From assembly GCA_046297835.1 (NCBI GenBank), contig JBKBHI010000001.1:391354-455353 (forward strand): a DNA stretch of 64,000 nt, read 5' to 3'. The notes under the pieces were generated by a model. That model was not told where the DNA came from, made no database searches, and worked only from the letters and a program-made list of their open reading frames with translations. Position 1 is the stretch's first letter. Each line of letters begins with the position of its first letter. Of this stretch, positions 1-11,700 are shown in pieces. This DNA comes from Alphaproteobacteria bacterium (lineage in GTDB: Bacteria > Pseudomonadota > Alphaproteobacteria > SMXQ01). A program made the translations under genes and the position numbers.

Positions 1-24
1 CAGACCTGAGGGAGAGACCACGCC

Positions 25-489
25 ATGACGCAATCGCCGGAAGAACTGATGCAGTTGCATCTCGCGGCCGAAGAGCCCGATCACGCCTTCAGCTACGCCA
101 AGCCGGACAGCAACGGCGGCAAGGCGATGGTCCGCCTCGCGCGCAGCGAAGTCATCAAGAGCTGGGTCCAGGTCGTCAAAAAGAACGGCGGCGAGAACAA
201 CCTGCACTACCACCGCAATACCGATACGTTCTGGATGGTGCTGAAGGGGCGGGTGCGCTTTTACGGGCCGGACGACGTCGTGATCGGCGAATTCGGCCCC
301 TATGAAGGCACCATCACGCCGCAATACAGCCGCTACTGGTTCGAGAACGTCGGCGAGGACGATCTGGAATTGCTCCAGGTTGCGGCCTATCGCGACGGCA
401 CCCAAGGCGCTCGCATCGACGTCAGTGCCCAAAAACTCGATATTTCGAGCGTGCAGCGGTTCGACGCGGGCCGCGCCGCTCGTTCATAG
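25..489 (+). CDS. cupin-domain protein
   Basis: 154-aa ORF with a cupin-like beta-barrel signature (NLHYHRNTDTFWMVLKGRVRF). Product is not further assignable. Confidence 0.5.
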   Translation: MTQSPEELMQLHLAAEEPDHAFSYAKPDSNGGKAMVRLARSEVIKSWVQVVKKNGGENNLHYHRNTDTFWMVLKGRVRFYGPDDVVIGEFGPYEGTITPQYSRYWFENVGEDDLELLQVAAYRDGTQGARIDVSAQKLDISSVQRFDAGRAARS

Positions 490-1227
490 CCGCTCGATCA
501 GGGCGCGCGCCGCGGCCGGCGCGCGCTCCTTGGCGCCGGCGATGAAATAGACGAAAACGTCGCCGCGCTTGGCCCAGCCTTTGGCCTGTTTCGCCCAACC
601 ATCGAGCGCCGCCGGCTTATAGCCGGTCTTCGCCTTCGCTTCGCAGCGCATCAGGCGCGCATAGGCGAAATCGGCGGTCGGCTCGTCGATGGCCGGAAAC
701 GTCTCGTGATTGGCGAAAACGACGGCGGCCTTGTGTCGGCGCGCCAGATCGTAGAACGCCTCGCATTTGAATGAGGGATGCCGCACCTCTAGGGCGTGGC
801 GCAGCGGGCGTTTCTTGATCTCCCGCGGCAACAGCTTCAGGAAGCCGGCTAGGTCCTCGAGGTCGAACGCCTTGGTCGCCATGAATTGCCAGTTGATCGG
901 CCCGAGCTTGTCGCCTAGCTCGTGCAGCCCTTGCCCCACGAATCGCTCGATGGACTCGCCGGCCTCCGCCAGCTTGCGCCGGTTGGTGCAGAAGCGCGAC
1001 GCTTTGACGGAGAAGACGAAATCGTCCGGCGTCTCGTCGCTCCATTTGGCCCAGCTCGCCGGCTTGAACGTCGAATAATAGGTGCCGTTGATCTCGATGG
1101 AGGTGACGGCGCGGCTGGCATATTCCAACTCGCGCTTCTGCGATAACCCTTCGGGATAAAAGACGCCGCCGCGCCAAGGCGCGTAAGTCCAGCCCCCGAT
1201 GCCGACGCGGATTGGCGCTGTTGTCAT
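484..1227 (-). CDS. DUF72 (YecE-like) family protein
   Basis: Translation MTTAPIRVGIGGWTYAPWRGGVFYPEGL... matches the conserved DUF72 N-terminus (IGxSGW). ATG on the minus strand at 1227. Confidence 0.7.
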   Translation of the reverse strand: MTTAPIRVGIGGWTYAPWRGGVFYPEGLSQKRELEYASRAVTSIEINGTYYSTFKPASWAKWSDETPDDFVFSVKASRFCTNRRKLAEAGESIERFVGQGLHELGDKLGPINWQFMATKAFDLEDLAGFLKLLPREIKKRPLRHALEVRHPSFKCEAFYDLARRHKAAVVFANHETFPAIDEPTADFAYARLMRCEAKAKTGYKPAALDGWAKQAKGWAKRGDVFVYFIAGAKERAPAAARALIERL

Positions 1228-1262
1228 AGCTTCGGTTCCTTGTCTCACTGGTTGGCGGCACG

Positions 1263-3080
<1,818 letters not shown>

Positions 3081-3087
3081 CGTCAGC

Positions 3088-3597
3088 TTATGCGCCGCAG
3101 CACTTTTTGTATTTCCTGCCCGAGCCGCACAGGCACGGATCGTTGCGGCCGACTTTCGTCACCTGGACCGGCTTGCCCTTGGGGTTCATCACGCCGTCGA
3201 CATAGAGCCATTTGCCGCCTTCTTTGCGGAAGATGCCGCGTTCATGGTGCAGGCCGGCCTGGCCATCCTTCTGCTTGAAGCGGGCGGTGAATTCGACCGT
3301 CCCTTCGCTGTCGTCCGGGCCGCCCTTTTCCGTCTGGCGGATATCGAGGCCGAGCCAGTCCATGCCGGCGGCGGTCTCCTCAAGGTCCTTGCGGCTGAAG
3401 TCGGTCAAGGCTTCGGCGGCCAGCGTGCGCTCGACATGGTCGTACGCGCCGACGACGAAGGCGCTGTAGCGCGAGCGCATCAGCGCTTCGGCGGTGGGGG
3501 CCGGCGCGCCGGACAAGAAAGGTCGGCAGCAGGCGGCGAAAGCCTGGGCCGAGCCGCAGGGGCACGGCTGATCGGCGGCGACGGTCTGGATGGCCAT
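3088..3597 (-). CDS. YchJ-family SEC-C motif protein (UPF0225)
   Basis: SEC-C Cys motifs at both ends (CPCGS... / [14 protein letters not shown]), typical of YchJ. Confidence 0.7.
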   Translation of the reverse strand: MAIQTVAADQPCPCGSAQAFAACCRPFLSGAPAPTAEALMRSRYSAFVVGAYDHVERTLAAEALTDFSRKDLEETAAGMDWLGLDIRQTEKGGPDDSEGTVEFTARFKQKDGQAGLHHERGIFRKEGGKWLYVDGVMNPKGKPVQVTKVGRNDPCLCGSGRKYKKCCGA

Positions 3598-3726
3598 GAG
3601 GACTCCGGTGGGGCGGCGCTGCGCGGGGCGCGCGGTGAGGATGGCTATAGGTGCCGCGACCGGCGCGAAAAGTCCAAGCCAAAATCGCGTTTTTTAGCCG
3701 CGCGATTCTGGCGGTTTCGCCGCAGA

Positions 3727-4068
3727 TCAGCAGGGCGAAAGAACGAGCGCGGGCGCGAGGGTGACGGCGGCGGCGGCGAAGGCCGCCACGTCGCCCCATA
3801 AGGCGAGCCAGCCGAGAAAGCGGATACTCGTTCCGCGCGGGCGCGCTGTGGCGGCGCGCTTCGAAACCAGGATCAATCCGCCGATCAGGACGAGCGCGGC
3901 GGCATAGATTGCCGCGAGGACGAGCCGATGCGCGGACAGCCCCCATGCCGCCGCTTCGCCCCAGCCGAAACGGCAGCCGAGATTTTGCGCGGCATAGATC
4001 GCGAGAAACGCGCCGGCCCAAACGATGAAGCCGATAAAGGGGATGAGGGCGCGAGGCTGGCGGCGCAT
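3727..4068 (-). CDS. hypothetical membrane protein downstream of the oxidase genes
   Basis: 113 aa with 3 hydrophobic segments. Same strand as, and directly 3' of, coxI/III. Confidence 0.4.
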   Translation of the reverse strand: MRRQPRALIPFIGFIVWAGAFLAIYAAQNLGCRFGWGEAAAWGLSAHRLVLAAIYAAALVLIGGLILVSKRAATARPRGTSIRFLGWLALWGDVAAFAAAAVTLAPALVLSPC

Positions 4069-4080
4069 GGTTCGCGCTCC

Positions 4081-6597
4081 CTATAGAAGCCGGGGAAACG
4101 CGGCCAATGCCGCGAGAATCGCGAGCCCCGAAAACGCCGCGTAATCGCTCCAGGCGCGCGCTTGGCGCAGATCGAGCGACCGGACGGCGGAAACGTATCC
4201 GGCGCGTTCGCGGCCGAGGGCGAATAGCGCGAGCATGGCCGCCGCGACGGCATGAAACGCCAGATAGATTAGCAGCGCGTAGGCGGTCGCCGCTTGCGCG
4301 TGCGCCGTCGGATCGGGAAAAGCGCTCGAAGAGGCTTGAAAGAGGGCCAGGACCGCCGCCGCGCCATATCCTGCCGCACCGGGGGCGAGCCATGGCAGGC
4401 CGCGCTCCGCCGACAGGCAGCGGCGCACCGCGAGCCGGCAGCAGACGGCCGAGGCGATCAGCATCGCGGCCGTCGCCCAGGCCGATAGCGGATCGAGCGT
4501 CGCGATTCGCGGCGGCGGCCATCCCGACGCGGCGACATGGAGGAACAGCGCGCCGAAGACGAGCGATGCGAGCAGCACGCCGTCGGCGGCCAGAACGAAG
4601 CGCATCGCCCAGCGTGACGGCGGATCTTCGGTCTCGATGTGGGGTGGCGCGTGTTCGCCGCGCCCGATCGGCAGCGCTCCGACCTCGCGGGTCTCGCCGC
4701 TGCGCCACGCCCAGAGCAGGAACAGCCCGAGATTCGCCGCCGCGATCGGCGCCAGCAGCCAATATTGCCGGAACAGCAGCGCGAGCACGAACAAACCAGT
4801 CGTCGCCGCGGCCCACAAGGGCAGATAGGTCGGGCCGGGCAGAAAGATGAGCTGTTCGGCGCGGCCGTTGACGATGCCGACGCCGAGCGTTTCAAGGCGG
4901 CGTTCGCGCGCGAAGCCGAGGTAGCCCTCGCCAGCGGCCAGGCGCGGAGCGAGGCGTTCGGCGCGAATGCGGTCGGCGCGCGCGTTCACGGCCGGGATCG
5001 AGGCGAAATTGTAGGGCGGCACCGGCGTCGCCATCGCCCAATCGAGCGTCCGCGCGCGCCAGAGATTGCGCGGCACGCGCCGTCCGTAACGCAGATGCAG
5101 CAGCATGTCGGCGAGAAACAGCGCGAAGCCGATGGCCATGGCGAACGAGCCGACGGAGGACAGCAGGTTCAGCCAATCCCAACCGATGTCCGCCGGATAG
5201 GTCGAAACGCGGCGCGGCATGCCGCGCAGGCCCGTCAAATGCATAAGGAAGAATGTCGCGTTGAAGCCGATGAAGATCAGCCAGAACGCCGGAACGGACA
5301 GCGCATGCAGGGCCTCGCGCCCGGTGAAATGCGGCAGCCAGAAATAGGCGGCCGCCAGCATCGGGAAGACGAAGCCGCCGATCAGCACGTAATGCAGGTG
5401 GGCGACGACGAAATGCGTATCGTGGGCCTGCAGGTCGAAAGGCACCATCGCCAGCATCACCCCGGTCAGCCCGCCGGCGACGAAGATGAAGAAAAACCCC
5501 ATCAGATAAAGCATGGGGATGTCGAAGCGCAGGCGTCCGCGCGCGAGCGTGGCGATCCAGGCGAAAATCTGCACGCCTGTCGGGATGGCCACGAGGGCGC
5601 TCGCGGCGGAGAAGAAGGCGAGCGCGAGATGCGGAATGCCCACGGTGAACATGTGGTGCACCCACAGGCCGAAGGAGAGGAACGCCAGCGCGACGATGGC
5701 GAGGATCACCGCGCGGTAGCCGACCAGCGGCCGCCCGGCGAAGACCGGCAGGATGGTCGCGATCGCGCCGGCGGCCGGCAGGAAGATGATGTAGACCTCG
5801 GGGTGGCCGAACAGCCAGAACAGATGCTGCCATAGCAGGGGATCGCCGCCGCGCTGCGGATCGAAGAACGGCAGGTCGAAGGCGCGCTCGAGCTCCAGCA
5901 GGATCGAACCTAGGATCAGCGGCGGGAAGCCGAACAGCATCATGAAGGCCGTCACCAGCATGTACCAGGCGAAGATCGGCATGCGGTCGAGCGACATGCC
6001 CGGCGCGCGCATCTTGAGCACGGTGACGATGATCTCGACCGCGACGGCGATGGCGGATATCTCGACGAACGTGACGCCGAGCAGCCAGACGTCCGGATTG
6101 ATGCCCGGCGTATAGGCTTTGGACGACAGGGGCGTGTACATGAACCAGCCGCCGTCGGGCGCCGCGCCGGCGATCATGGCGAGAATCAGGATCGAGCCGC
6201 CGAACAGATAGCACCAATAGCCGTAAGCCCCCATGCGCGGGAATGCCATGTCGCGCGCGCCCAGCATCTTCGGCAGCAGATAGATGGCCAGCCCCTCGAT
6301 CAGCGGAATGGCGAAAAGGAACATCATCACCGTGCCGTGCATGGTGAAGACCTGGTTATAGAGTTCCGGCGGCATGAACGCGGCCTGCGGGCTGGCTAGT
6401 TGCGCGCGCAACAGCATGGCGAGCAGCCCGCCGATGCAGAAAAACGCCAAAGCGGTGACGATGAAGCGTTTGCCGATGACGTTGTGGTTGACGGCGGCGA
6501 GCCGTTGCAGCCCGGGGCCGGTGACCCAGATGGCCGATAGCTGCTTGTGCAGGCGCACCGGCGAGCTTGGCGGCGGGACGTCGCGCGGCCTGGTCAT
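4081..6597 (-). CDS. cytochrome c oxidase subunit I fused to a subunit III-like domain
   Basis: Translation contains canonical CoxI segments (FTMHGTVMMFLFAIPL, GHPEVYIIFLP, HHMFTVG, HLHYVLIGG). About 290 further residues of polytopic membrane sequence follow with no intervening stop. ATG (MTRPRDV) at 6597 overlaps the coxII stop (ATGA). Confidence 0.85.
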   Translation of the reverse strand: MTRPRDVPPPSSPVRLHKQLSAIWVTGPGLQRLAAVNHNVIGKRFIVTALAFFCIGGLLAMLLRAQLASPQAAFMPPELYNQVFTMHGTVMMFLFAIPLIEGLAIYLLPKMLGARDMAFPRMGAYGYWCYLFGGSILILAMIAGAAPDGGWFMYTPLSSKAYTPGINPDVWLLGVTFVEISAIAVAVEIIVTVLKMRAPGMSLDRMPIFAWYMLVTAFMMLFGFPPLILGSILLELERAFDLPFFDPQRGGDPLLWQHLFWLFGHPEVYIIFLPAAGAIATILPVFAGRPLVGYRAVILAIVALAFLSFGLWVHHMFTVGIPHLALAFFSAASALVAIPTGVQIFAWIATLARGRLRFDIPMLYLMGFFFIFVAGGLTGVMLAMVPFDLQAHDTHFVVAHLHYVLIGGFVFPMLAAAYFWLPHFTGREALHALSVPAFWLIFIGFNATFFLMHLTGLRGMPRRVSTYPADIGWDWLNLLSSVGSFAMAIGFALFLADMLLHLRYGRRVPRNLWRARTLDWAMATPVPPYNFASIPAVNARADRIRAERLAPRLAAGEGYLGFARERRLETLGVGIVNGRAEQLIFLPGPTYLPLWAAATTGLFVLALLFRQYWLLAPIAAANLGLFLLWAWRSGETREVGALPIGRGEHAPPHIETEDPPSRWAMRFVLAADGVLLASLVFGALFLHVAASGWPPPRIATLDPLSAWATAAMLIASAVCCRLAVRRCLSAERGLPWLAPGAAGYGAAAVLALFQASSSAFPDPTAHAQAATAYALLIYLAFHAVAAAMLALFALGRERAGYVSAVRSLDLRQARAWSDYAAFSGLAILAALAAFPRLL

Positions 6598-7233
6598 CGC
6601 GCGTCTCCCGTCGCCGTGTCGCGGGCTTCGACGGCAAACAGCATGCGCGTGTGTCCCGCGCCGCAAAATTCCGCGCAGATGCCGTGATATGTGCCGGGAT
6701 GGTCCGCTTGGAGGCGAATGATGTTCGTATGCCCGGGGATGGCGTCGATTTTGCCGCCCAATCGCGGAATCCAGAAGGAGTGGATGACATCGGCGCTGGT
6801 GACGACGAGATCGACGGGACGCCCGGCCGGCATATGCAGCACGTCGATGGTGGGCGCTTTGCCTGGGCTGTCGGGATAGCTGAATTCCCAGGACCACATG
6901 CGGGCCTGCACATGGATGCGAGACGCCGCGGCGTCGGCGCGATGTAACAGCGCCTCGCCCTTCGCCAGCGCGACGATCAGCAATAGGCTGAGAAAAATTC
7001 CGGGAATGACGACGCCGCCATAGAGCATCCACGCGCGCGCCGGGACGCGTTTGATCGCGCGCGCGCGCGTGGCCGCGAGCGTCAGGCAGGCGGTCAGCGC
7101 GCAGAAGATCGCGATCGCGCCCCACAGCATGACCGTCCAGAGCGACGCGATGGAAGCGGCGGCCGGTCCTGCCGGATCGAGGGCAGAATAGGGCCCGGAG
7201 CAGGCGGCGAGAGTTCCCGCCGTTAACGCCATG
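6594..7233 (-). CDS. cytochrome c oxidase subunit II (CuA)
   Basis: CuA motif HSFWIP...GICAEFCGAGHTRM. Two N-terminal transmembrane segments. Start MALTAGTL at 7233. Confidence 0.8.
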
Positions 7234-7292
7234 AGCAGGGGCCGCTGGACGGCCTGGAGCCCATGCGCCACTATTGGCGGCGCAGGAAGGCA

Positions 7293-7823
7293 ATGTTCGC
7301 GGCGGCCGAGGAGACCAGCGCCATGAGCGAAATTCGCGATCACGACAATCCGATCATCGCCGAAGTGGCGCGCAAGGACACGGAGTCCGCGGTCGCCGTC
7401 GCCGGCCATCCGATTCACGCCATGAGCGTGCATTTCCCCATCGCGCTGGTCGCCGGAGCCTTGGGGTGCGATCTGCTTTATTGGTGGACGGCCGACCCGT
7501 TCTGGCTGCGCGCCGGATTGTGGGCGGCGGGAGTGGCGTTCTTCACCGGCATCGCGGCGAGCCTCGTCGGCACCGCGGAGCTGCTGCTGGTTCCCGGTAT
7601 CCGCGTGCGCGTCGCGAGCTGGACGCACGCGATCGCCGCCATGACCCTGCTGTCCGTCGTCGGCATGAACTGGGGATTGCGCCTGCACGATTCCGCAGCC
7701 GTCTTGCCTTACGGTCTGGCGCTGTCCGCGCTGGCGGTGCTGTTCGCCGGCCTGGCCGGATGGCACGGCGGCAAGCTGGTCTTCGATCATGGCGTCGGCC
7801 TCATGGTCGAATCCAAGCGATGA
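7293..7823 (+). CDS. DUF2231-like membrane protein
   Basis: Polytopic membrane ORF divergent from coxII. The start could be 7263, 7293 or 7323. Confidence 0.45.
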   Translation: MFAAAEETSAMSEIRDHDNPIIAEVARKDTESAVAVAGHPIHAMSVHFPIALVAGALGCDLLYWWTADPFWLRAGLWAAGVAFFTGIAASLVGTAELLLVPGIRVRVASWTHAIAAMTLLSVVGMNWGLRLHDSAAVLPYGLALSALAVLFAGLAGWHGGKLVFDHGVGLMVESKR

Positions 7824-8309
7824 AGGTTTCGGCGATGCGGCGGAGCCCGCCGGGTTCGGCCATCACCGCGGGAAAAATCTCCTCGCCGATGTGAGGTTTG
7901 AGCAGGACGACGCCGAGGATCGCGCCGACCAGGGGCAGCGTGAGCCCGGTCATGCCGAGGAAGCGCCAAACCGGATAGACCTGATCGTCGTCGAACAGGC
8001 GGATCACCACGAGCCCGAGCAGGATGTGGACGATCACCAGGCCGCCGACGAGGAACAGCTTGGCCGCGAACCAGGACGTGAAGACGCCGGCCGCGAAGAT
8101 CAGGCCGATCCCGCTGGCGATGGCGACAAACGCGGCGGGAGAGATCAGCGACACGTAAAAGAAGCGCACGAGCTGCTGTAGTCGATATAGCGCGTCGCGA
8201 TCGGACACATGCGTGCGTTGCAGATAGAGGACGGGCAATCCGATCAATCCGGCGCACCAGAGCGAAATCGCCCCGACATGCAGGATTTTAAGCCAGAGGA
8301 CGAGGCTCA
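7801..8309 (-). CDS. HemJ/UPF0093-family membrane protein
   Basis: The N-terminus MSLVLWLKILHVGAISLWCAGLIGLPVLY resembles the conserved HemJ/UPF0093 start (WLKxxHIxAxxxWxAGLxYLP). Its start overlaps the upstream stop (ATGA). Confidence 0.5.
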
Positions 8310-9095
8310 TGCCTTGCCGTCCATGACGCGCCCGCTCGGCCCAAGCAAGCGATGAAGCCGATGAAGCGCGACGCCGAGATAAGGCAAGTTCGCGGGAACC
8401 CACATGATCAAGCCGGCCAATTGTTGATCTTCGAGGGGCGTCAGGCCGAAGGGCAAGGTCGTCAGCGCGTGCGGCGCTTGTAAAGGCGTCGCGGCGAAAA
8501 CGAACAGCGCGCCGAGCATGCCCATCTGCAGGATGCTGCCGAAGCCGCCGGCCAGCGCCGAAGCCGGCGGCGTGTCCGGATCGAGCGCGGCCGTCCAGAA
8601 GGCGGCTGCGGACAGGAACAGCGTGACCTGCATGAGCCAATAGACGCCGTCGCTGGCGAGGGCGAGGGCGTAAGGCGCCGGCGCATGCCAGATCCAGAAC
8701 AGGGCGGCGTGAACGATAAAGGCCGCCGACAAAGGCACGCGGGGCCAGGCGCGGAGAGCCGGCTGCGCCCCATAGACCAGCAGCGGCGCGACGACCGCGA
8801 CGAGCATGGCGTGGTGGGCGACCCGCGCGGAGAACAAGGCGACGCTGAGCGCGCAGAGCGGCGAAACGAAAAGCGCCACGAGCAGGGCCATCGCGGTCCA
8901 GAAGGCGGCGTCGCGGCTCGGCGCGAACCCGGCAGGCCTGGCGCGCAGATAGACGGCGGCGAGCGCGATCAGGCCGGCGATCAGCCAGGGATCGAGATTC
9001 CAGGCGGCCGCTAGGATTTCGGGCGTTGGCGGCGGTCCGCAGTAAGCGAGGCTAGCCCCCGCCAACTCATCTCCGGACGTGAAGAGAAAATCCAC
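8307..9095 (-). CDS. caa3-type cytochrome oxidase assembly factor CtaG-like membrane protein
   Basis: 262-aa polytopic membrane protein with conserved His residues (ARVAHHAM, WIWHAP). Sits in an operon with the HemJ-like gene, upstream of the cox genes. Confidence 0.5.
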   Translation of the reverse strand: MDFLFTSGDELAGASLAYCGPPPTPEILAAAWNLDPWLIAGLIALAAVYLRARPAGFAPSRDAAFWTAMALLVALFVSPLCALSVALFSARVAHHAMLVAVVAPLLVYGAQPALRAWPRVPLSAAFIVHAALFWIWHAPAPYALALASDGVYWLMQVTLFLSAAAFWTAALDPDTPPASALAGGFGSILQMGMLGALFVFAATPLQAPHALTTLPFGLTPLEDQQLAGLIMWVPANLPYLGVALHRLHRLLGPSGRVMDGKA

Positions 9096-9175
9096 GAATC
9101 CTCGTCCCCTTGCGATTGATGCGGGAACCCCATCTTTCCTACCGCGTTTCTACCCTGCATAGAGAGGGAGCCCGA

Positions 9176-9910
9176 ATGAACGAAACGCGCTACTCCAGGC
9201 GGAAGTTCCTTAGAGCTTCGCTGCTCGCCGGGAGCATGTTGGCGGCGCCTCGCGCCTTCGCGGCAACGCAGCCGAAAGGCATACCTTGGCATCCGGGATA
9301 CGCCGATCTTCCCCCGACAGTCGGCGACGCGCGCTTCTTCACGCCAGAGGAGGCGGCGGCCGTCGATGCCATGACGGCGCGGCTGATACCGGCCGACGCT
9401 CTCGGCCCCGGCGCGCGCGAGGCCGGCGTCACCGGCTTCATCGACCGGCAACTGGCCGGATTTTATGGCCGTGGCCAGCGCTGGTACATGCGTGGGCCGT
9501 TTCGCGACGGCACCGCCGAACAGGGCTATCAGTCCTCCTTGCCGCCGGCCCAGCTCTATCGCCGCGCGCTCGCCGCGCTCGATCGCCATTGCCGCGAGCG
9601 CCATGGCGGAGAGCCTTTCGCCAATCTCGCGGAAAGCGTGCAGGACGAGCTTCTCAAAGCGCTGGAAGACGGCGAGCTCGATCTCGGCCAAGTGTCGGGA
9701 AAAACCTTTTTCACGCTGCTGCTGGATAACGCCATCGAAGGATTCTTCGGCGATCCCATCTACGGCGGCAACCGCGACATGGTCGGCTGGCGTCTCGTCG
9801 GATTTCCCGGCGCGCGCTACGACTACCGGCCCTTCATCCATCACGACGGCGCCCGCATTTCCCTCGAGCCCGTGAGCTTGCAGGGACGGCCGGGTTGGAA
9901 TTCCAGGTAA
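9176..9910 (+). CDS. gluconate 2-dehydrogenase subunit 3 family protein (Tat-secreted small subunit)
   Basis: Twin-arginine signal SRRKFLRASLLAGSMLAAPRAFA. Family-typical body. ATG at 9176 is preceded by AGGGAG. Confidence 0.7.
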   Translation: MNETRYSRRKFLRASLLAGSMLAAPRAFAATQPKGIPWHPGYADLPPTVGDARFFTPEEAAAVDAMTARLIPADALGPGAREAGVTGFIDRQLAGFYGRGQRWYMRGPFRDGTAEQGYQSSLPPAQLYRRALAALDRHCRERHGGEPFANLAESVQDELLKALEDGELDLGQVSGKTFFTLLLDNAIEGFFGDPIYGGNRDMVGWRLVGFPGARYDYRPFIHHDGARISLEPVSLQGRPGWNSR

Positions 9911-9933
9911 CGCCGCTCCAATCATAGCGAGGT

Positions 9934-11700
9934 ATGCGCATGGCGACGAAATTGCCGCCGGTCGATGTGGTCTTGGTCGGGTTCGGCTGGACCGGAGCGA
10001 TCCTCGGCCAGGAACTGACGGAAGCCGGCTTGAACGTGCTCGCGCTCGAGCGCGGCGGCTGGCGCGACACTCCAAGCCATTTCCCGACGACTCTGGCGCA
10101 GGACGAGGTGCGCTTCTATTGGCGTCACGAGATGTTTCAGGAAACGGCGCGCAACACGCTCACCTTCCGCAACAACGCGGGCCAGACGGCGCTGCCGATG
10201 CGGCGCTGGGGTTCGTTCTTGCCGGGCACCGGCGTCGGCGGCGGCGGCGTGCATTGGAACGGCCAGACCTTCCGTTTCCTGCCCAGCGATTTCGTCGCGG
10301 CGAGCCATAATCGCGAGCGCTACGGCGCGTTCGCGGAAGGCATGACGATCCAGGATTACGGCGTCACCTACGACGAGCTTGAAATCTATTTCGACCGGTT
10401 CGAGAAGCTTTGCGGCATCAGCGGCAAGGCGGGGAACATCAAGGGCGAGATTCAGGCGGGTGGCAACCCTTTCGAAGGCTGGCGTAGCGACGAATACCCC
10501 AATCCGCCGATGGAGATGACCTTCGCGCAGAAGCGGTTCGCCGCCGCCGCCCGCGAGCGCGGCCTCAATCCGTTTCCGGCGCCCTCGGCCAATTTGAGCC
10601 GGGCCTACACCAATCCGCTTGGCGCGCAGCTCGCGCCCTGCACCTATTGCGGATTCTGCGAGAAATACGGTTGCGGCAATTATTCCAAAGCCAGCCCGCA
10701 GACGACGATTCTGCCGATCCTAATGCAGAAGCCCAATTTCACGCTCAAGACGCACAATGAAGTGCTGCAAGTCGTCCGCGACAGGTCGGGACGGCGCGCC
10801 ACGGGCGTCGTCCACGTCGATAGCCGCGGCGAGGTGTTCGAGCAGCCGGCGGAGATCGTCATCCTCTGCGCCTATCCGCTGGAGAACGCGCGCCTGATGA
10901 TGCTGTCCGGCATCGGCGAGACCTACAATCCGGCGACGGGCGAAGGCCTGCTGGGCAAGAACTACTGCTATCAGGTCGTCTCGTCTGTCGATGTGTTCTA
11001 CGACGACAAATACACCAACCAGTTCGCAGGCGCGGGCGCGCTCGGCATGGTGGTGGACGAATACAACGGCGACAATTTCGATCACGGCGGGCTCGGTTTC
11101 ATCGGCGGCGGATACATGGCTTGCTGGACGACCAACGCCCGTCCGGTCGAAACGCGCCGCACGCCGCAAGGCACCCCGCAATGGGGCTCGGAATGGAAAA
11201 AGGCGGTGGCGGACAATTTCCTCAAGTCCACGTCGATTTCGACGCACGGCGCTTCGATGGCGCATGCCGCCAACCATCTCGACCTCGATCCGACTTACAA
11301 GGACGCCTATGGCCGTCCGCTGCTGCGGATGACGTTCGACTTTACGCCGAACGACCGCGCGATGACCGCCTATCTCACCGAGCGCGCGACGGAGATCGCC
11401 AAAGGCATGGGCGGGCGCGAGATCAAGGTGAACGCGCGAGAAGGGGCCTACCGATCGATGCCCTATCAGACGACGCACAACACCGGCGGCACCATCATGG
11501 GCAGCGATCCGAGCAATAGCGTGGTGAACCGCTATCTGCAGAGCTGGGACCTGCCGAACTTGTTCATCATGGGCGCTGGCGTCTTCCCGCAGAACGCGGG
11601 ATATAACCCGACGGACACGGTCGCGGCCCTGACCTATTGGGCCGCCGAGGCCATCACCACGCGCTATCTTGCCGATCCTGGCCCGTTGGTGCGGACATGA
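9934..11700 (+). CDS. GMC-family FAD oxidoreductase (dehydrogenase flavoprotein subunit)
   Basis: N-terminal FAD-binding fold VDVVLVGFGWTGAILGQEL...LERGG. Its stop overlaps the start of the next gene (ATGA). Confidence 0.85.
   Translation: MRMATKLPPVDVVLVGFGWTGAILGQELTEAGLNVLALERGGWRDTPSHFPTTLAQDEVRFYWRHEMFQETARNTLTFRNNAGQTALPMRRWGSFLPGTGVGGGGVHWNGQTFRFLPSDFVAASHNRERYGAFAEGMTIQDYGVTYDELEIYFDRFEKLCGISGKAGNIKGEIQAGGNPFEGWRSDEYPNPPMEMTFAQKRFAAAARERGLNPFPAPSANLSRAYTNPLGAQLAPCTYCGFCEKYGCGNYSKASPQTTILPILMQKPNFTLKTHNEVLQVVRDRSGRRATGVVHVDSRGEVFEQPAEIVILCAYPLENARLMMLSGIGETYNPATGEGLLGKNYCYQVVSSVDVFYDDKYTNQFAGAGALGMVVDEYNGDNFDHGGLGFIGGGYMACWTTNARPVETRRTPQGTPQWGSEWKKAVADNFLKSTSISTHGASMAHAANHLDLDPTYKDAYGRPLLRMTFDFTPNDRAMTAYLTERATEIAKGMGGREIKVNAREGAYRSMPYQTTHNTGGTIMGSDPSNSVVNRYLQSWDLPNLFIMGAGVFPQNAGYNPTDTVAALTYWAAEAITTRYLADPGPLVRT

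Noticed and set aside
3380-6217. Long Arg/Pro-rich ORFs (3380-4816 -, 4639-5835 +, 4892-6217 -, 4107-4850 +) overlapping the cox genes
   Set aside because: These are alternative-frame or antisense shadows typical of high-GC DNA. The CoxI/III frame carries unmistakable conserved motifs and the others are low-complexity.
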